Source: Octopus sinensis (Eukaryota). Taken from it: DNA of 64,000 bases. Location: positions 165,602,001 to 165,666,000 of the forward strand of contig NC_042998.1 in NCBI RefSeq assembly GCF_006345805.1, given 5' to 3'. Below the pieces are notes generated by a model. The model was given only the letters and a program-made list of their open reading frames with translations, did not search any database and was not told the origin of the DNA. The position numbers were made by a program, and so were the translations under genes. Each line of letters opens with the position of its first letter. Position 1 is the stretch's first letter. This document shows positions 10,336 to 25,102 of this stretch, piece after piece.

Positions 10336-11139
10336 CATGTATGTAGGCGCGGTTTGTATGTATGTATGTATGTGTTGGAAGTCAACTTCTGGGAAAGTAA
10401 ATTTTTTGGGTGTTACCATGGAAATCTGAAAAGCGTAGCTCAGCTTTTAGTTGCGGGTCTGCAGGTCAGTTTCAGAATTAGTCAAACTTCATTTAAACCA
10501 CCCATTCTAGAACCTATCTGATTAACAAGACGTGTGTAGTATTATCCCTGGAAAGAGCTGCTCATTTATACAAGATGCTACGGAATCTCTCCATTGCGAA
10601 AGTTTGGGAAAGAAGTTTGAGAACCAATATTCCAAGTCGGTTACGTGCAACTACATACTTCCAGTTTGTAAAAACCCTAGGTTCTACTACTCTCTATCAT
10701 CGCAGAACTCTGTTAGAGACCCATATTGTATTTTCTAAGAAGTCTATGTGTGTAAAATTGATTATAGTAAGATATACTCATAAATACCTTTCTTCCAAGT
10801 GAGCCAGCATTTACTGAGACAGCCAAAAGCTGGATTATCTCTAAATTTTACACCAGAGTATCCTTTTCCTATACAATTGTTGTAATGAGGAATAAGGGTC
10901 CATCTCTTTCAGGAGGTTATATGGTGCGCTCGTTCACCATCACAAGTATTTCTGTGTCCAGATGTAATTCCTAGATAGTCATTGGGTTCGTTCTTTCTTT
11001 TGGAGCTTTTTTCTTTGTCTTGCTGCGTTTCTTGCAACCTTCTTCACGTAATCCGGTTGCGGAAGCAACTTTAGTCATCAATGTGGCCACTCAGGCGCGC
11101 TACTGGCAATATATATATATATAGTAACATAAAGGGAGG

Positions 11140-12243
<1,104 letters not shown>

Positions 12244-12256
12244 ATAGATACAGTAT

Positions 12257-12312
<56 letters not shown>

Positions 12313-12934
12313 ATATACATGTATGTATGTTTATTGTATTGTATTATATTGTATACATATATATATATATGTATACATACATAATACACGCACGCACACA
12401 GGGAGACAGACAGATAGATAGATTAGTTAATAGTTGACTAAAATTATCGAATGTACGATACTAGAAACAAACGTGTACGCCACAGTTATATCTAATTTAA
12501 AATCTGTTAATATATTTCAATATGAATGGCCAAACTTCTATTTTGCTGTGCTAAATAGGTTAAAGAATAATTTCAGACTATTTTTATTAAGAATAATTAT
12601 AGAATAATGTTATTATTCTAAGAATAATATATTATTAATAAAAATATCTTTATTATTCCTAAGAATAGATTTATTTAAGAATAAGACATTTTGAAACTGT
12701 CGTGGCCAGTTCAGTCCAGGAGCGAAACTCTGAGTAAACTGTTAACTTTTGATATAATCAACATACCTATCCACTCTGCACAGCAAATTGAGTTCCATGT
12801 AAAATAATGTCGGAATTACGTAAAATATATTGTTTATATATTTTCTATATATTTGTAATGTATTTCTAACATATATGTATGTATGTGTGTGTGCGCACGC
12901 GTGTGTACGCATATACACTAGTATATCTGTGTTT

Positions 12935-13345
12935 GTGTGGTAAGAAGCTTGCTTCCCAACCACATGCTTCCGGGTTCAGTCCCATTGCGTGGTACCTTGG
13001 GAAAGTGTCTTGTACTATAGCCTCGGGTCGACTAAAGCCTTGTGAGTGAATTTGGTTGACGGAAACTGAAAGAAGCCCTTTGTATATATACATATATATA
13101 TATGTATATGTATATATTTGTATATGTGTGTGCGTGTGTGTTTCTCCCTCCGCCATCGCTTGACAACCGATGCTGATGTGTTTATCTCCTCGTAACTTAG
13201 CGGTTCGGCCTAGGAGATTGATAGAATAAATACTAAGCTGACAAAGAATAAGTCCTGGGGTCAATTTGTTCGCCAAAAACCTTTAAGCCGGTGCTCCAGC
13301 ATGACCGCAGTCATATGACTGAAACAAGTAAAAGAATAAAAGAAT
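12935..13345 (+). mobile_element. SINE A, near full length
   Basis: Core, internal (TA)(TG)n, 3' module and AAAAGAAT tail. Confidence 0.9.
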
Positions 13346-13353
13346 GTGTGTGT

Positions 13354-13402
<49 letters not shown>

Positions 13403-14198
13403 TTAAAGAAACAAGAAAATGAGGCACCAACTAAACAAGTGATTCATTCCGCCCCTCCACGTCAGTGTGAAGAATCCCGTTCCTGATTACGATTTTTATT
13501 TTTATTTTCTGCTACCATCTTTTTTGTCTGTCAAACCTCCAAATTTTACCAACGATACAACAGTTCTGACTCATAGAGACTATTGATTGTAGTTCTACTG
13601 TTTCAATAGTTTAGCAATAGTTTATCATGCATTTATAATACGACAAAAATGCATTGCTGGGATGACTTCATTCGTTTTCTACGTTGAATGTTATTATTTC
13701 CACCAACACCTATGTATCGTTCAGTTTTGGGTCGCTCCTGATTCCGTTTTTTTTCTTTTTTTTTTTTTTTCGTCCATCACCTTTAAACGCTCTTATCCGT
13801 TTGAATACTGCGAGAGAAGACGTTGCAACTTCACGTCAGCAACATTTCAGTTTAGCACTGTCAACTGTCACAGCAATGAAGTTTAAGGGATTGTTCGTGT
13901 ATTGATATTTTTATAAGTCTGCCAAAACATTCAAAACGGCTCCACCAAGCAATTAGGTGCAAAATTCAAATTTTTCCTTTTTTGCTATTATCACCTGTCA
14001 CCAACCGACGTCAAAGATGATTGGCTGGATATTACCAAATATAGAATTGTTACTCACTAGCGATAATTATCTATAGTCAACATTACCAGATATAGTAATA
14101 TTATTCAACAATGACTTTGACTTTCAAATATTAACTTGCTTTAAAGTTTGAATTCGGAGAAGGTAATCTGCCACAAAGTTAAAACAAACTGGATAATA

Positions 14199-14765
14199 TT
14201 GGGTTGTCCGGAAAGTTCGTGCCGATTTATAGTAGCTTAACTTTCGACTTATTTTAGAACATGGTTGAGTCCATAAAATAGGATTTGACTACACCTTCAT
14301 TTAGAGCACAGTTTAAGCTATCTTTTCGTGGAAGAAGGTTTATGTTCCCATAACCTGTGTTAATTCTGTAACCCTTTAAAATGGAAGATAAGAAAGTTCA
14401 TTTTCGGCACTTGATACTTTGGGAACCAGACAAAAATTGCTGCAGCTCGGCTGGGATGTGTTACCCCACCTTACATATTCACCAGATATTGCTCCTTCGG
14501 ATTTCCACTTATTCAGGTCTCTGCAGAATAGTCTTAATGGTAAAAATTTCAATTTCTTGGATGACGTAAAAAAGATACCTTGATGAATTCTTTGCCATGA
14601 AACCACCTCAGTTCTGGGAAGAGGGTATTTTCAAATTAAAGGAAAGATGGAGATGCATTGTGCAACAAAATGTTTCATATTTGGTTGATTAAAAATGTAA
14701 TGGCAAGTATTTATTGACCTTTTTCTTTCTTTTAAAAACCGGCACGAACTTTCCAGACAACCCAA
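14199..14765 (+). mobile_element. Mariner internal-deletion derivative (567 bp) with TIRs and TA TSD
   Basis: TIRs TTGGGTTGTCCGGAAAGTTCGTGCCG (14199-14224) and 14740-14765, with TA on both sides. The N-terminal MEDKKVHFRHLILWE is fused to the C-terminal QKLLQLGWDVLPHLTYSPDIAPSDFHLFRSL (mariner YSPDLAP motif). Confidence 0.95.
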
Positions 14766-15735
14766 TATAACGTTGAAGCAAACAGTATCAGTTGTAAACA
14801 CAGATAGTAACAATTTGACAAGTGAAAAGAACAACTTAAACGGCATTAAGCAACATTACCAGCAACAGCAATTCAGTCATTGCTTGGGGTGCAAACCAAA
14901 GGTATACATTGGATGCCAACCAATACCAGACAAACGAAAAGGCATAGAAAAAGTATGTCATACAGGCGAGCATCTCTTTGATAGAAGTATTACTTAACAA
15001 AAGGCACTGAGGATGGTAACATGTCTTTATAAATAAAGAAAAAGAAAAGAAATTGAAGAGGCTTTCATTTATTCTCGAATGAAAAGTTGGGAGTTGGAAG
15101 AAACTCTAGCTTATGTGTGACAGGATGTGTATTTCATCGAAGTGTGAGTCTGGTTTTAATAAGACAAGAGGAAACAGATAGAGGTGATGCTCTATACAGC
15201 GGTCCATTTACTGTTGTCACAGGAGATCTATGTAGCAACACTGACTCTTAGTTTATCGTCCCTTTGCAACTCAGTACGAGCAAATGGCGCACGTGGAAGG
15301 GAGCTGCTATGATATATGGTCGAATGGGAGCCTTTATGGACATTCAAGTCTTAATAACCTCAAAAATAGCAAGGCCATCACGGAGATGTAACCCGTTGAC
15401 AGAGAAGAGAAAACCTTAGTCTGAGAGGTCTAGTTGCTACACGTGTGATAGTAGAGGCCATTGAAAACCTTCTGTCGAGAAAAAGGGAAACATAAAAGGC
15501 AAAAGAGCATCCGAAGGCAGCAGGCGACCAGAAGTAAAGATTATGACTGTTGTTGCTGCTGCTGCTGCTGCTTTTTCCGGAGCCTTATAGTCGTAGATTC
15601 CATAATAGCTAGAGAAATAAACGGGATCACCACTTCCTCTGTTCTGTCAAAACCGGGGCCAATGATGATCAAGAAGACGGATTATTTCTTATGGTAAAAA
15701 GGATTATTATCATTATTATTATTATCATCATTAAG

Positions 15736-15950
15736 ACAGTGAGCTGCCAGAATCGCTAGCACGCCGGGTAAGATGCTTAGCAACATTTCGTCCGTCTTTA
15801 CGTTCTGAGTCCAAATTCCGCTGAGGTCAACTTTGCCTTTCATCCTTTCGGAGTTGATAAATTAAGTGCTAGTTGAACACTAAGGTTGATGTAATCGACT
15901 AGTTCCCTCCGCAAAAATTTCAGGCCTTGAGCCTATAGTAGAAAAGATTA
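15736..15950 (+). mobile_element. SINE B, B2 tail ending in (ATT)n
   Basis: Head and central block as B1, then CTAGTTCCCTCC..AAATTTCAGGCCTTGAGCCTATAGTAGAAAAGATTATT. Confidence 0.85.
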
Positions 15951-15972
15951 TTATCATTATTATTATTATTAT

Positions 15973-16055
<83 letters not shown>

Positions 16056-16057
<2 letters not shown>

Positions 16058-16676
16058 TGTTGTTGTTGTTGATTGCAGATATTGTATCTACCGGGGGTTT
16101 GTACTATTTGTCAAGTTACAACAAGGACCTCAGACAGACAGTGGTGGTGATGGTCGTGATAGGAATGGGGGAGTAATGGTGTTGTGATTGTTGCGGTGAT
16201 GACGGTAACGTTGATGATGGCGATTGAGGAGAATGCACAGGAGAGAATAGAGGCGCGAAGGGGGAGTACCATGATCACAACCACGACGATTCATCGTGAT
16301 AATTGGCATCTTGTTAACCGACATTAAAATCTATATCTGTAGTAGTAGTAGTAGTAGTAGTAGTAGTTAGTAGTAGTAGTAGTAGTAGTAGTAGTTGTTG
16401 TTGTTGTTGATTGCAGATATTGTATCTACCGGGGGTTTGTACTATTTGTCAAGTTACAACAAGGACCTCAGACAGACAGTGGTGGTGATGGTCGTGATAG
16501 GAATGGGGGAGTAATGGTGTTGTGATTGTTGCGGTGATGACGGTAACGTTGATGATGGCGATTGAGGAGAATGCACAGGAGAGAATAGAGGCGCGAAGGG
16601 GGAGTACCATGATCACAACCACGACGATTCATCGTGATAATTGGCATCTTGTTAACCGACATTAAAATCTATATCT

Positions 16677-16677
<1 letters not shown>
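16056..16677. repeat. Exact tandem duplication of 284 bp (period 338) embedded in (TAG)n
   Basis: 16056-16339 matches 16394-16677 with no difference seen; two identical ORFs appear in the track (16130 and 16468). Confidence 0.95.
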
Positions 16678-16725
<48 letters not shown>

Positions 16726-16766
16726 CAGCAGTAGCAGTAGCAGCAGTAGCAGCAGCAGCGGCGGCT

Positions 16767-16825
<59 letters not shown>

Positions 16826-17410
16826 CATTGTGATTTCGACGTTGTTTGGAGTTCCTATTCACCGATTTATGAAACAAACAAAGCCTGCTGGCTAAGGAAG
16901 CACAAAGAAGACATGAATGTTTCACAGAATGCTTCAAACAAAAGAAAGAGATGGGCGTTATTAACCGTCCTTACTATTCTGATGTATCGCCATCGATACT
17001 GAGCCGTTAAATATAATTGCATTGTTACGCTGCTCTAGCAGCCAATATATACACAGACTTTACTGTGCAACGTTTATGACTGTACTTCAGAGGAACGCTT
17101 GAGCGGGAAATATTTCAACGATGTAAAACTGCTTGTTGTACATACACGCACGTACATATGTGCATGTTTGTATGTATGTATGAATGTATGTATGCATGCA
17201 TATATGCAGACACATATATCCATATAATAGGCAGTAATTGTATGACGGCACGGTGATGTTCGATGGGGTTACGTTGTTTTGCGTGACACCAGCTTGGCAT
17301 TAGCACCCACAGTCAAAAATTTTCTTCTTTTTCTCTTCTGATCTTTTTTCGTCTTTTTTTTTTGCTTTTGAAGGGAGGTAAGTTAATTCATCTCACCGGC
17401 TTTCTCAACA

Positions 17411-17808
17411 TACTCTCTCTTTTACTCTTTTACTTGTTTCAGTCATTTGACTGCGGCCATGCTGGAGCACCGCCTTTAGTCGAGCAAATCGACCCCGGAA
17501 CTTATTCTTTGTAAGCCCAGTACTTATTCTATCGGTCTCTTTTGCCGAACCGCTAAGTGACGGGGACGTAAACACACCAGCATCGGTTGTCAGGCAATGC
17601 TAGGGGGACAAACACAGACACACAAACACACATACACATACATATATATATATATATACATATATACGACAGGCTTCTTTCAGTTTCCGTCTACCAAATC
17701 CACTCACAAGGCATTGGTCGGCCCGGGGCTATAGCAGAAGACACTTGCCCAAGATGCCACGCAGTGGGACTGAACCCGGAACCATGTGGTTGGTTAGCAA
17801 GCTACTTA

Positions 17809-17810
<2 letters not shown>
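17411..17810 (-). mobile_element. SINE A, near full length
   Basis: All modules present on the minus strand. Confidence 0.9.
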
Positions 17811-17874
<64 letters not shown>

Positions 17875-17999
17875 TAAATAAAAGACTAGAATTTATGGTA
17901 CTATCTTTAATTCTTTTGTTACACTCGTTTAAATACAATGTGGAAAATCCATTTGATGAACATAAATATCGGTTTCATATTTGTGTACAAGACCAGCAA

Positions 18000-18443
18000 T
18001 TTCGGGGTGGGGTTTAAGTCGAACGGGTACTTATTTTATCGACCGCGGAAGGGTGAAAAGCAGAGTCGAACCCTGTAGATTTTGAACTCAGAACGTAAAG
18101 ACGGGCGAAATGCCATTAAGCGTTTTGTCTCACGTGCTAAGGATGCTGCCAACTCTCCACCTTTATGAACATAAATATTGACATGAATATAATAAATTCA
18201 TAATACTTATTTCTTTATTACCCATAGGGGGGGGCTAAACATAGAGGGGACAAACAAGGACAGACAATGGAATTAAGTCGATTACATCAACCCCAGTGTG
18301 TAACTAGTACTTATTTAATCGACCCCGAAAGGATAAAAGACAAAGTCGACCTCGGGGAAATTTGAACTCAGAACGTAACGGCATACGAAATACCGCTGAG
18401 CATTTCGCCCGGCGTGCTAGCGATTCTGCCAGCTCGCTGCCCT
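18000..18443 (-). mobile_element. Two adjacent SINE B copies (about 18000-18160 B2-like; 18206-18443 B1)
   Basis: Reverse complement of SINE B modules, followed by (AAT)n(AAG)n. Confidence 0.85.
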
Positions 18444-18470
18444 TTTAATTCATAATAATAATAATAATAA

Positions 18471-18501
<31 letters not shown>

Positions 18502-18879
18502 AAGAAGAAGAAGAAGAAGAAGAAGAAAAAAAGAAGAAGAAGAATATATATGTACATGTATATACATATACGTACACACATATATATATATGCATATATA
18601 TATATGTGTGTGTGTGTATGTGTGTGTGTATACATATATGTATATATCATTAATTAAAAAATCTGAGGGTAGCAAAAATATTTATGAAAAATTGTTTGCT
18701 ACCAGTGGTCTAGTGAGAAGGAAACATTTAGTCAATAGACTATATATTATTCATAGAAAAATACAGTGTACATTCAAACACCTAAGAGATAACCAAATAA
18801 TAGGATATCTGACTCACTAGAAAGAGCAGTTAAAACTCCAATCCAATAATAGTTGCAATTCTGAAAGGGAATGAAAAAT

Positions 18880-19032
18880 TAAAACATTTACCTTATTTTT
18901 CCTAGACTATGCATAGTTTCTGCAATCTTGTATAAATTAATATCAAATGATTTTAATTTATATCTGGCGCTTTTAATTTATACAAGATTGCAGAAACTAT
19001 GCATAGTCTAGAAAAATAGGATAAATATTTTT
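18880..19032. repeat. Inverted repeat with perfect 39-bp arms and a 32-nt spacer
   Basis: 18902-18940 is the exact reverse complement of 18973-19011, with about 20 bp more of imperfect pairing outward. Confidence 0.95.
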
Positions 19033-19405
19033 ATATTTCATTCCCATATATGTATATATATATGTGTATATACACACACACACGCACACGCACACACACA
19101 CACACACACACACATATGGGCATACATTTTAAGTATCCAGGTGCATACCCTTTTACCTACATCTACTAAATATATAGCTCCGAAGAAGCTAAAAGGTGAT
19201 GCACAAGCACTCAGTTCTGGGTGCACTATATCTAATTGAAGAAACACCTGTAGACTGATGAAGTTCATTGCATATTTTCCTGTTCCCTTTTCATTCGAGT
19301 CATTCAACAATTAATGTTATTCTTTGAATTTGACCGACACTGTATTCTAAAACATGTGTATGTTGAGTTCCAGCGCCAGGTACTTAGCATCGCTATGCCT
19401 AAGCG

Positions 19406-19458
<53 letters not shown>

Positions 19459-20425
19459 GTAATGAGGGCCTCCACAATAACTGCGTCAACGCGACGCAAG
19501 ACCTCTACATCAGGAATGCGATGATCTTGCAATCTGATATACAAGATGGTGAGCAGATGATGAAGTTAAACTAGCGTCAGGACCTTTGATGTACCTGCGC
19601 TAGAGGGCCATGCATTCCGTGGCATACGAGAGGCAAAGGAGCACAGCAGCACTATATACCTCTATTTTCGTGTTGGGGGCGATGTCATACCAGCGCCACA
19701 GACGCTTCTCAAGAGAGCTAAAGCCTTTGTGGAAGACTGTTTTTGCCTCTCAACTTTCGAATCAGAAGAGAGATTTCTGTAAGATTTGACTGCTATTTCT
19801 AACAGGTCTAAATAGTATGTAAATGCCGCACCCGATTGGTTATAACAGTAACACATCGTGCAATTGTTGTTATATATTTGTTGTTGCTTATCTTTAGATC
19901 ATCCTTCATAAAGCAGATCCATGAGGAAAGGTTTCTAACCGTGACCATCCCGTCTTTTCAGATATCTCAAAGTACATTATCCAATACGGTTTTCCTTATT
20001 TTTCAAAACAGTATAGTATGACTGCCTACAATATCTAGCAAGTCAAAAGGCCATGTAAGGGCTCATTCTTTGGCTTATGTTATACAGGTGGTCGTCTTAT
20101 CGTTGACGATATTTGTAACGTTAGTCAAAAACATTTTGTTTCTTACGTATTTCTACACATTATTTCATTATATTTGCCATAAAGGCAGTACACAGAGTAA
20201 AGTAGCTTTGTTGGACAAGGACATAAATGAAATGAATGACAATGAAACAAAGATGATAAGGATGGGAGAAGACAAAAAGCGCCCGCTGACTTTTGCTTCT
20301 CTAAAACATTGTTCTTTAAAACCAAACACAAAACGAGGTATTAAACCTCTTACAACTTTTACAACTTTTCAATTTTTGGACTTAACAGTCCATTACAAAC
20401 AACAACATAGTTCAATAATTACATA

Positions 20426-20723
20426 TCTTTATATATAAAAGTGAAGTTGTGTGTCTGTCTCCTACAATTTAGATTCCTAACTACTCCCACATTTTGCAGT
20501 GCAGTTTAACCAAAAGCGGGTATCTTATAGTCGTGATTCATATCGAGCCCTTCTGAGTATTAGCGCCCGTCTACGATGAGTCTACGATTTAAAAAAAAAT
20601 TTACCATCATTTTTTCCCATTTTTAATGCATTTTTTGCTATTATATAAGGGAAGTAACTCTCTAAAAATGCTTATATACTTATTTCCCTTACAAATCCGA
20701 GCAACGCCGGGCGATACTGCTAG
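20426..20723 (+). mobile_element. Non-autonomous Helitron (298 bp)
   Basis: A|TC 5' end, subterminal CCGAGCAACGCCGGG hairpin, CTAG|T 3' end, no TSD. Second copy at 31365-31761. Confidence 0.9.
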
Positions 20724-21190
20724 TAATATATATAAATACTATACACAAAGCTCCTCCTCCCAGACCAGACTGTACGCTTCCCTTAGGCAATGCTCCAGCT
20801 CCAGGTCGGGGCCCCAGAAGGCGTATTTCTACACATTGCCGTATGTGAACCCCTAATCAGATGTTTTGAGCATTATCTTGAAATATAAATGAATACCAGT
20901 GTTTGAAAAATAGCATCGTTCCCATCTGTGTCCCAAATTGATATATTTTATCCTTTGCTTGCTTCAGTCATTGGACTGCAGCCATGCTGGGATACCACCT
21001 TGAAGAATTTTAGCCGAATGAATAGGCCCCAGTACTTACTTTTTAAGCTTAGCACTTATTTTATCGTTTTCTTTTGCTGAACACCTAAGTTACAGGGACG
21101 TAAGCAAACCAACACCGGTTGTCAAGCGGGGGGACAAACACACACACACACACACATGCATATATGTATATATATATATACATACACACA

Positions 21191-21405
21191 CAGGGAGTGC
21201 AAAAGTAAAAGAAAACACGTGCAACACTCATGTATTTTTATCAAGAAAATTAAAAGTTAACCTCATTTTTGATATTTTCAGTGTCATTAATCATAATAAT
21301 GCATGTATTATAACTATAATAATATTTTTATCGTAACTTAATTTTTTTTTTTTTTAGATAATAATTTTTTTTTTCATAACTGTATACCTACATTTGCACC
21401 CTCTG
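21191..21405. mobile_element. Possible degenerate Tc1-like MITE
   Basis: CAGGGAGTGCAAAAGTA versus TACATTTGCACCCTCTG pairs at 14/17 positions; no TA TSD visible. Confidence 0.35.
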
Positions 21406-21444
21406 CATGATATATATATATATATATATATATATGGGGGGGGG

Positions 21445-21595
21445 GATAATTCACAAAAAAAAAGACGGAGACTGGTGGTGTAGACAACAAATAGATGTAT
21501 TAGTATAACGCTCGGGAAGTGAAAAAAGTGTTTAACGTTTCGAGCCTACGCTCTTCCACAGAAAGGAACACAGAAAGAAACAAGGAGAGAGACGG
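21445..21595 (-). mobile_element. Short dispersed repeat with variant HHR-like motif (diverged relative of 10062-10250)
   Basis: Minus strand TTTCTGTGGAAGAGCGTAGGCTCGAAACGTTAAA at 21531-21564. Confidence 0.75.
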
Positions 21596-21755
21596 GTTTC
21601 TTTCAGTATCCGGCTTCCAAGTCTACACACAAGGCTTTGGTCGGCCCAGAGGCTATAGTGGAAGTCACTAGCCCAAGGTGCCACACAGTGGGATTGAACC
21701 TAGCACAATGTGGTGGAGAAGCAAACTCCTTACCACAAAGCCACGTCTGTGCCCA
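21595..21755 (-). mobile_element. SINE A head/core, diverged
   Basis: Matches 513-677 with substitutions. Confidence 0.8.
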
Positions 21756-23577
21756 TATTCTATGAGTGTAAGAGAATCAGTCAGGACACTTTAAACATAA
21801 CGTGGCTAAAAAAATAGTCTTCAAGAGTCTACAATCCCTATTTCTTCAACTAGCCATTCTCGCTACATTACTAGTTCTCAGTCAAAGAATTCTATGGTCT
21901 TAATTTGGGTCTTAATTTGACCACTTTGTACATATTTGTAAACAGGCTTGCAAAGATTGAGTGGTTCATCACGACATTTTACTAAAAACTCACCCAAACT
22001 AATCCTTACGCCAAATTGTTCTGTCCAAATGAATTATCATGCTTCACTACGAAATATGTGACGTCTCTTTTCTTTTGTCTATCTTTTATAGATAACTCTC
22101 GTAACGTTTTGCTGCGGCTGCCGATAAATTATGAAGCAATATTACGATTCAGTATTGTGTTCTCTGTGCATTGAAACGGTATTCTGATATTAAATAGCCG
22201 TTGAAATACCACCAGTAATATTAAAAATTTAAGAGGGTAAAGGAATTTGCTAAAAGTGATTTATATTAAATTTTAGGTAAATGTAAGGAATACTTTTATT
22301 GAATTTCACGAGAATTACAATATATTATATTTTGTGATATCTGAAGATTTTTTCTTTTTATTTCTCATAAGGTTTTACAAATATCTTTTAAAAGAATCAT
22401 ATTAAATGTTTCACATCATGAAAATATGATAGCCATTTAAAACACAAATGTACCACTGTTCAAAAATGTATAATACGACATTCTCATTGATACAGTTGTA
22501 CTAGGTCGGAATGGAATTGAAATCACTAAGCAGAGCGCGGATGTACAACGAAAATATTTAAAACTTTAAAGTATGTGACATTTTCACCACGATAAGACAA
22601 AAGTTAAAATTTGGGTGCTTCAAATAATTGTATTTAACTCTTTCCCAGTGGAATTGTTTTATTGTCTAACACACAATCTCAAATGAAGTCACCAGACAAG
22701 AGAATGCAAATCCGATATATTAAATGTTCTATTTGTCAAGCACTCTCATGATATTATATTATCATCGAAGCTACAATACAGCTGCCTTATATGTTCGACA
22801 TCTAAACACAGAATTATTTCCAAGACTTAGCATTATCTGTATAGCTAATGTGTTGTCTTTCAGCACTAAGTTAGCTCTGATCGAGTAGATTTATGATCAA
22901 AGCGATTCCAACTATGACCATTCCAGTCCCTTGTATAAATATGTTCTACTACATTATTCAAATTGTTCCTCTTTTTCGAAACCGAAAGTATAATTTCAGG
23001 AAAGTTTGGTTGTTATTTCTAACATGTTGAACAGTCGCATAGGTTGGTAAAATAGCATAAACGGAGGACAACCCGGTTAAACATCTAAACAGACCATTGT
23101 GATTGCGTTTGCACCATCCTATCTTTTGTTTATTTTTAAACTGAGCAGATTTGAATGTGAGTGACAAAAATTACATTCGTTTTTAACTGAACTTCGCAAT
23201 AAAAAAGTGACAAACCTTAAAAATTTGAAATTTCAGCCAATGGAAAACACCTTGGGCATCGGACAAAATACTTTGTGACATTTCATCCGCTTTTGTATGT
23301 TCTGAGTTCAAATTCTGATTTTACGAAGGTTGATTTTGCCTTTCATCCTTTCGGAGTCGATAAAATAAGAACCAGTCAAGTACTGGGATCGATCTAATTG
23401 ACATTTCCCTCCCCACCAAATTGCTACCTTACGCCAAAATTAGAAAGAATTGTTGGTGTAATTACCCTCACCTGAAACAACAAAAACATGGAAGTAAAAC
23501 ATGAACGTAAAAAAGAAAAGCTGGGAGTATCTCATTTGAAATCGAACCAATAACTTCTACGTTGATTCAGTAGTATA

Positions 23578-23912
23578 CACTTGCGTCAGAAATTAATTAG
23601 CACTTCTCAAATTTCTACATTAAATAGGTTAAATCAATTAACCTATGAGCTGTTCAAAACGTCTTACGCGATGAGAAAACTTAGTATGGTGTGATTTCGG
23701 TCCTTGCGAGGCGCTACCTATATCTATTAAACAAAGGAAGATTTGTCTAAGGCTGTAGACTCTCAAACTGCTCTGCAAACAAAGTTACGTCATCGTTCTG
23801 CGCAACAGTGAACTCGCAACAAAGCAATAGTTCGAGATATGGCCACTAGGTGACAGCACATACCTTGAGTGAAGAGCAAATCAAGGGTGCTAATTAATTT
23901 CTGACGGTAGTG
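23578..23912. mobile_element. Tc1/mariner-type MITE (335 bp)
   Basis: 26-bp TIRs CACT(TG/AC)CGTCAGAAATTAATTAGCAC, flanked by TA on both sides. Confidence 0.85.
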
Positions 23913-24204
23913 TATAACCGACTCGTTCAGTCTGAATAACGTTTGTCTGTCAACATCGCAACACGACACAATAATCCTCAGGCATAAATCATATTTGCTT
24001 TGATTAGTTACTATACGGTCTTCTCAACACTACCGTCATTATCGCATGTCGCAACCTTTGTGACACAATCACGCTTTATCAATAAAGTTATCAGAGAATG
24101 ATTGTGGCCAATCAACTAATAGCCCAAGACTTGCAGTTGTGCTGTCGTATGCATTGCATGAATATATCAATATGTATGTATCTATATATCAATATGTATG
24201 TATA

Positions 24205-24370
24205 TACGACGGGTTTCTTTCAGTTTCCTTTAACCAAGTCTACTCACATGACTTTGGTCGGCTTGAGACTATAGTAGAAGGTTTTTGCCCAAGATTCCAT
24301 GCACAGGGAGTGAACCCGGAACTATGTGGTTGAGAAGCAAGCTTCATACCACACAGCCACGCCTGCGCCT
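24205..24370 (-). mobile_element. SINE A head/core
   Basis: Matches 513-677. Confidence 0.85.
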
Positions 24371-24414
24371 ATATTAACTAGTTTATTGCATATAAATTCT
24401 CATGACAAAATCTT

Positions 24415-24573
24415 ATATGGACCCGTAAGGGGTATATGGACCCCTAAGGGCCATATGGAACCCTAAGGGCCATATGGAACCCTAAGGGCCATATGGAACC
24501 CTAAGGGCCATATGGAACCCTAAGGGTCATATGGAACCCTAAGGGCCATATGGACCCCGGTTGAGAACCACTG
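24415..24573. mobile_element. hAT-like MITE end with a 19-bp unit amplified 7 times
   Basis: (ATATGGAMCCCTAAGGGCC)x7 at 24415-24547, then GGTTGAGAACCACTG (hAT/Charlie-like terminus). A single-unit relative lies at 32162-32277. Confidence 0.7.
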
Positions 24574-25062
24574 CTTTAGATACACTTATTTATATCTTGT
24601 GTTCTTTATATGCAAAACTGAATCTTCATCGACTCAATAGAAAACGTTTTCCTTAATATTCTGGCGCTGAGAGGCGGTGAGCTGGCAGAACCATTAGCGC
24701 ACCGGAGGCAATGATTAGAGGCGTTTCTTCTCACTCTTTACGGTCTGGGTTCAAATTCTGTCGCAGTTGATTTTGCCTGTCATCCCTCTCAAGGCCAGTA
24801 AAATAAGCACCTACTGAGTACTGAAGTCAATGTACTTGACTAAACCACTCCCTCTAATATTTCTGACCTTGTGCCAAAATCGGAGACAAATACTCTGTCA
24901 CTAGAAAAACTAATCTTTGGCTGTCTCATTCAGGTTATATCGTAAACAAATAAATAAAATAATACAAAAATTGGAAACCCATACTTCAGCTTTCTCACGA
25001 CCTATAGTTTCAAAGATTTTTAAATTGTTGAGGTAGTAGTAATAGTAGTAGCAATAGTAGAC

Positions 25063-25102
<40 letters not shown>

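Noticed and set aside
19480-19780. Possible decayed LINE 3' coding fragment
   Set aside because: Only vague motif resemblance; the family could not be assigned.
24415-24547. CRISPR-like appearance of the 19-bp (and 9893-9978 12-bp) arrays
   Set aside because: Units are contiguous with no unique spacers, no cas genes are present, and the context is eukaryotic.
24993-25035. GAAAC-UAUAG-GUC on the minus strand as an HHR
   Set aside because: No recognisable CUGANGA box or stem II.
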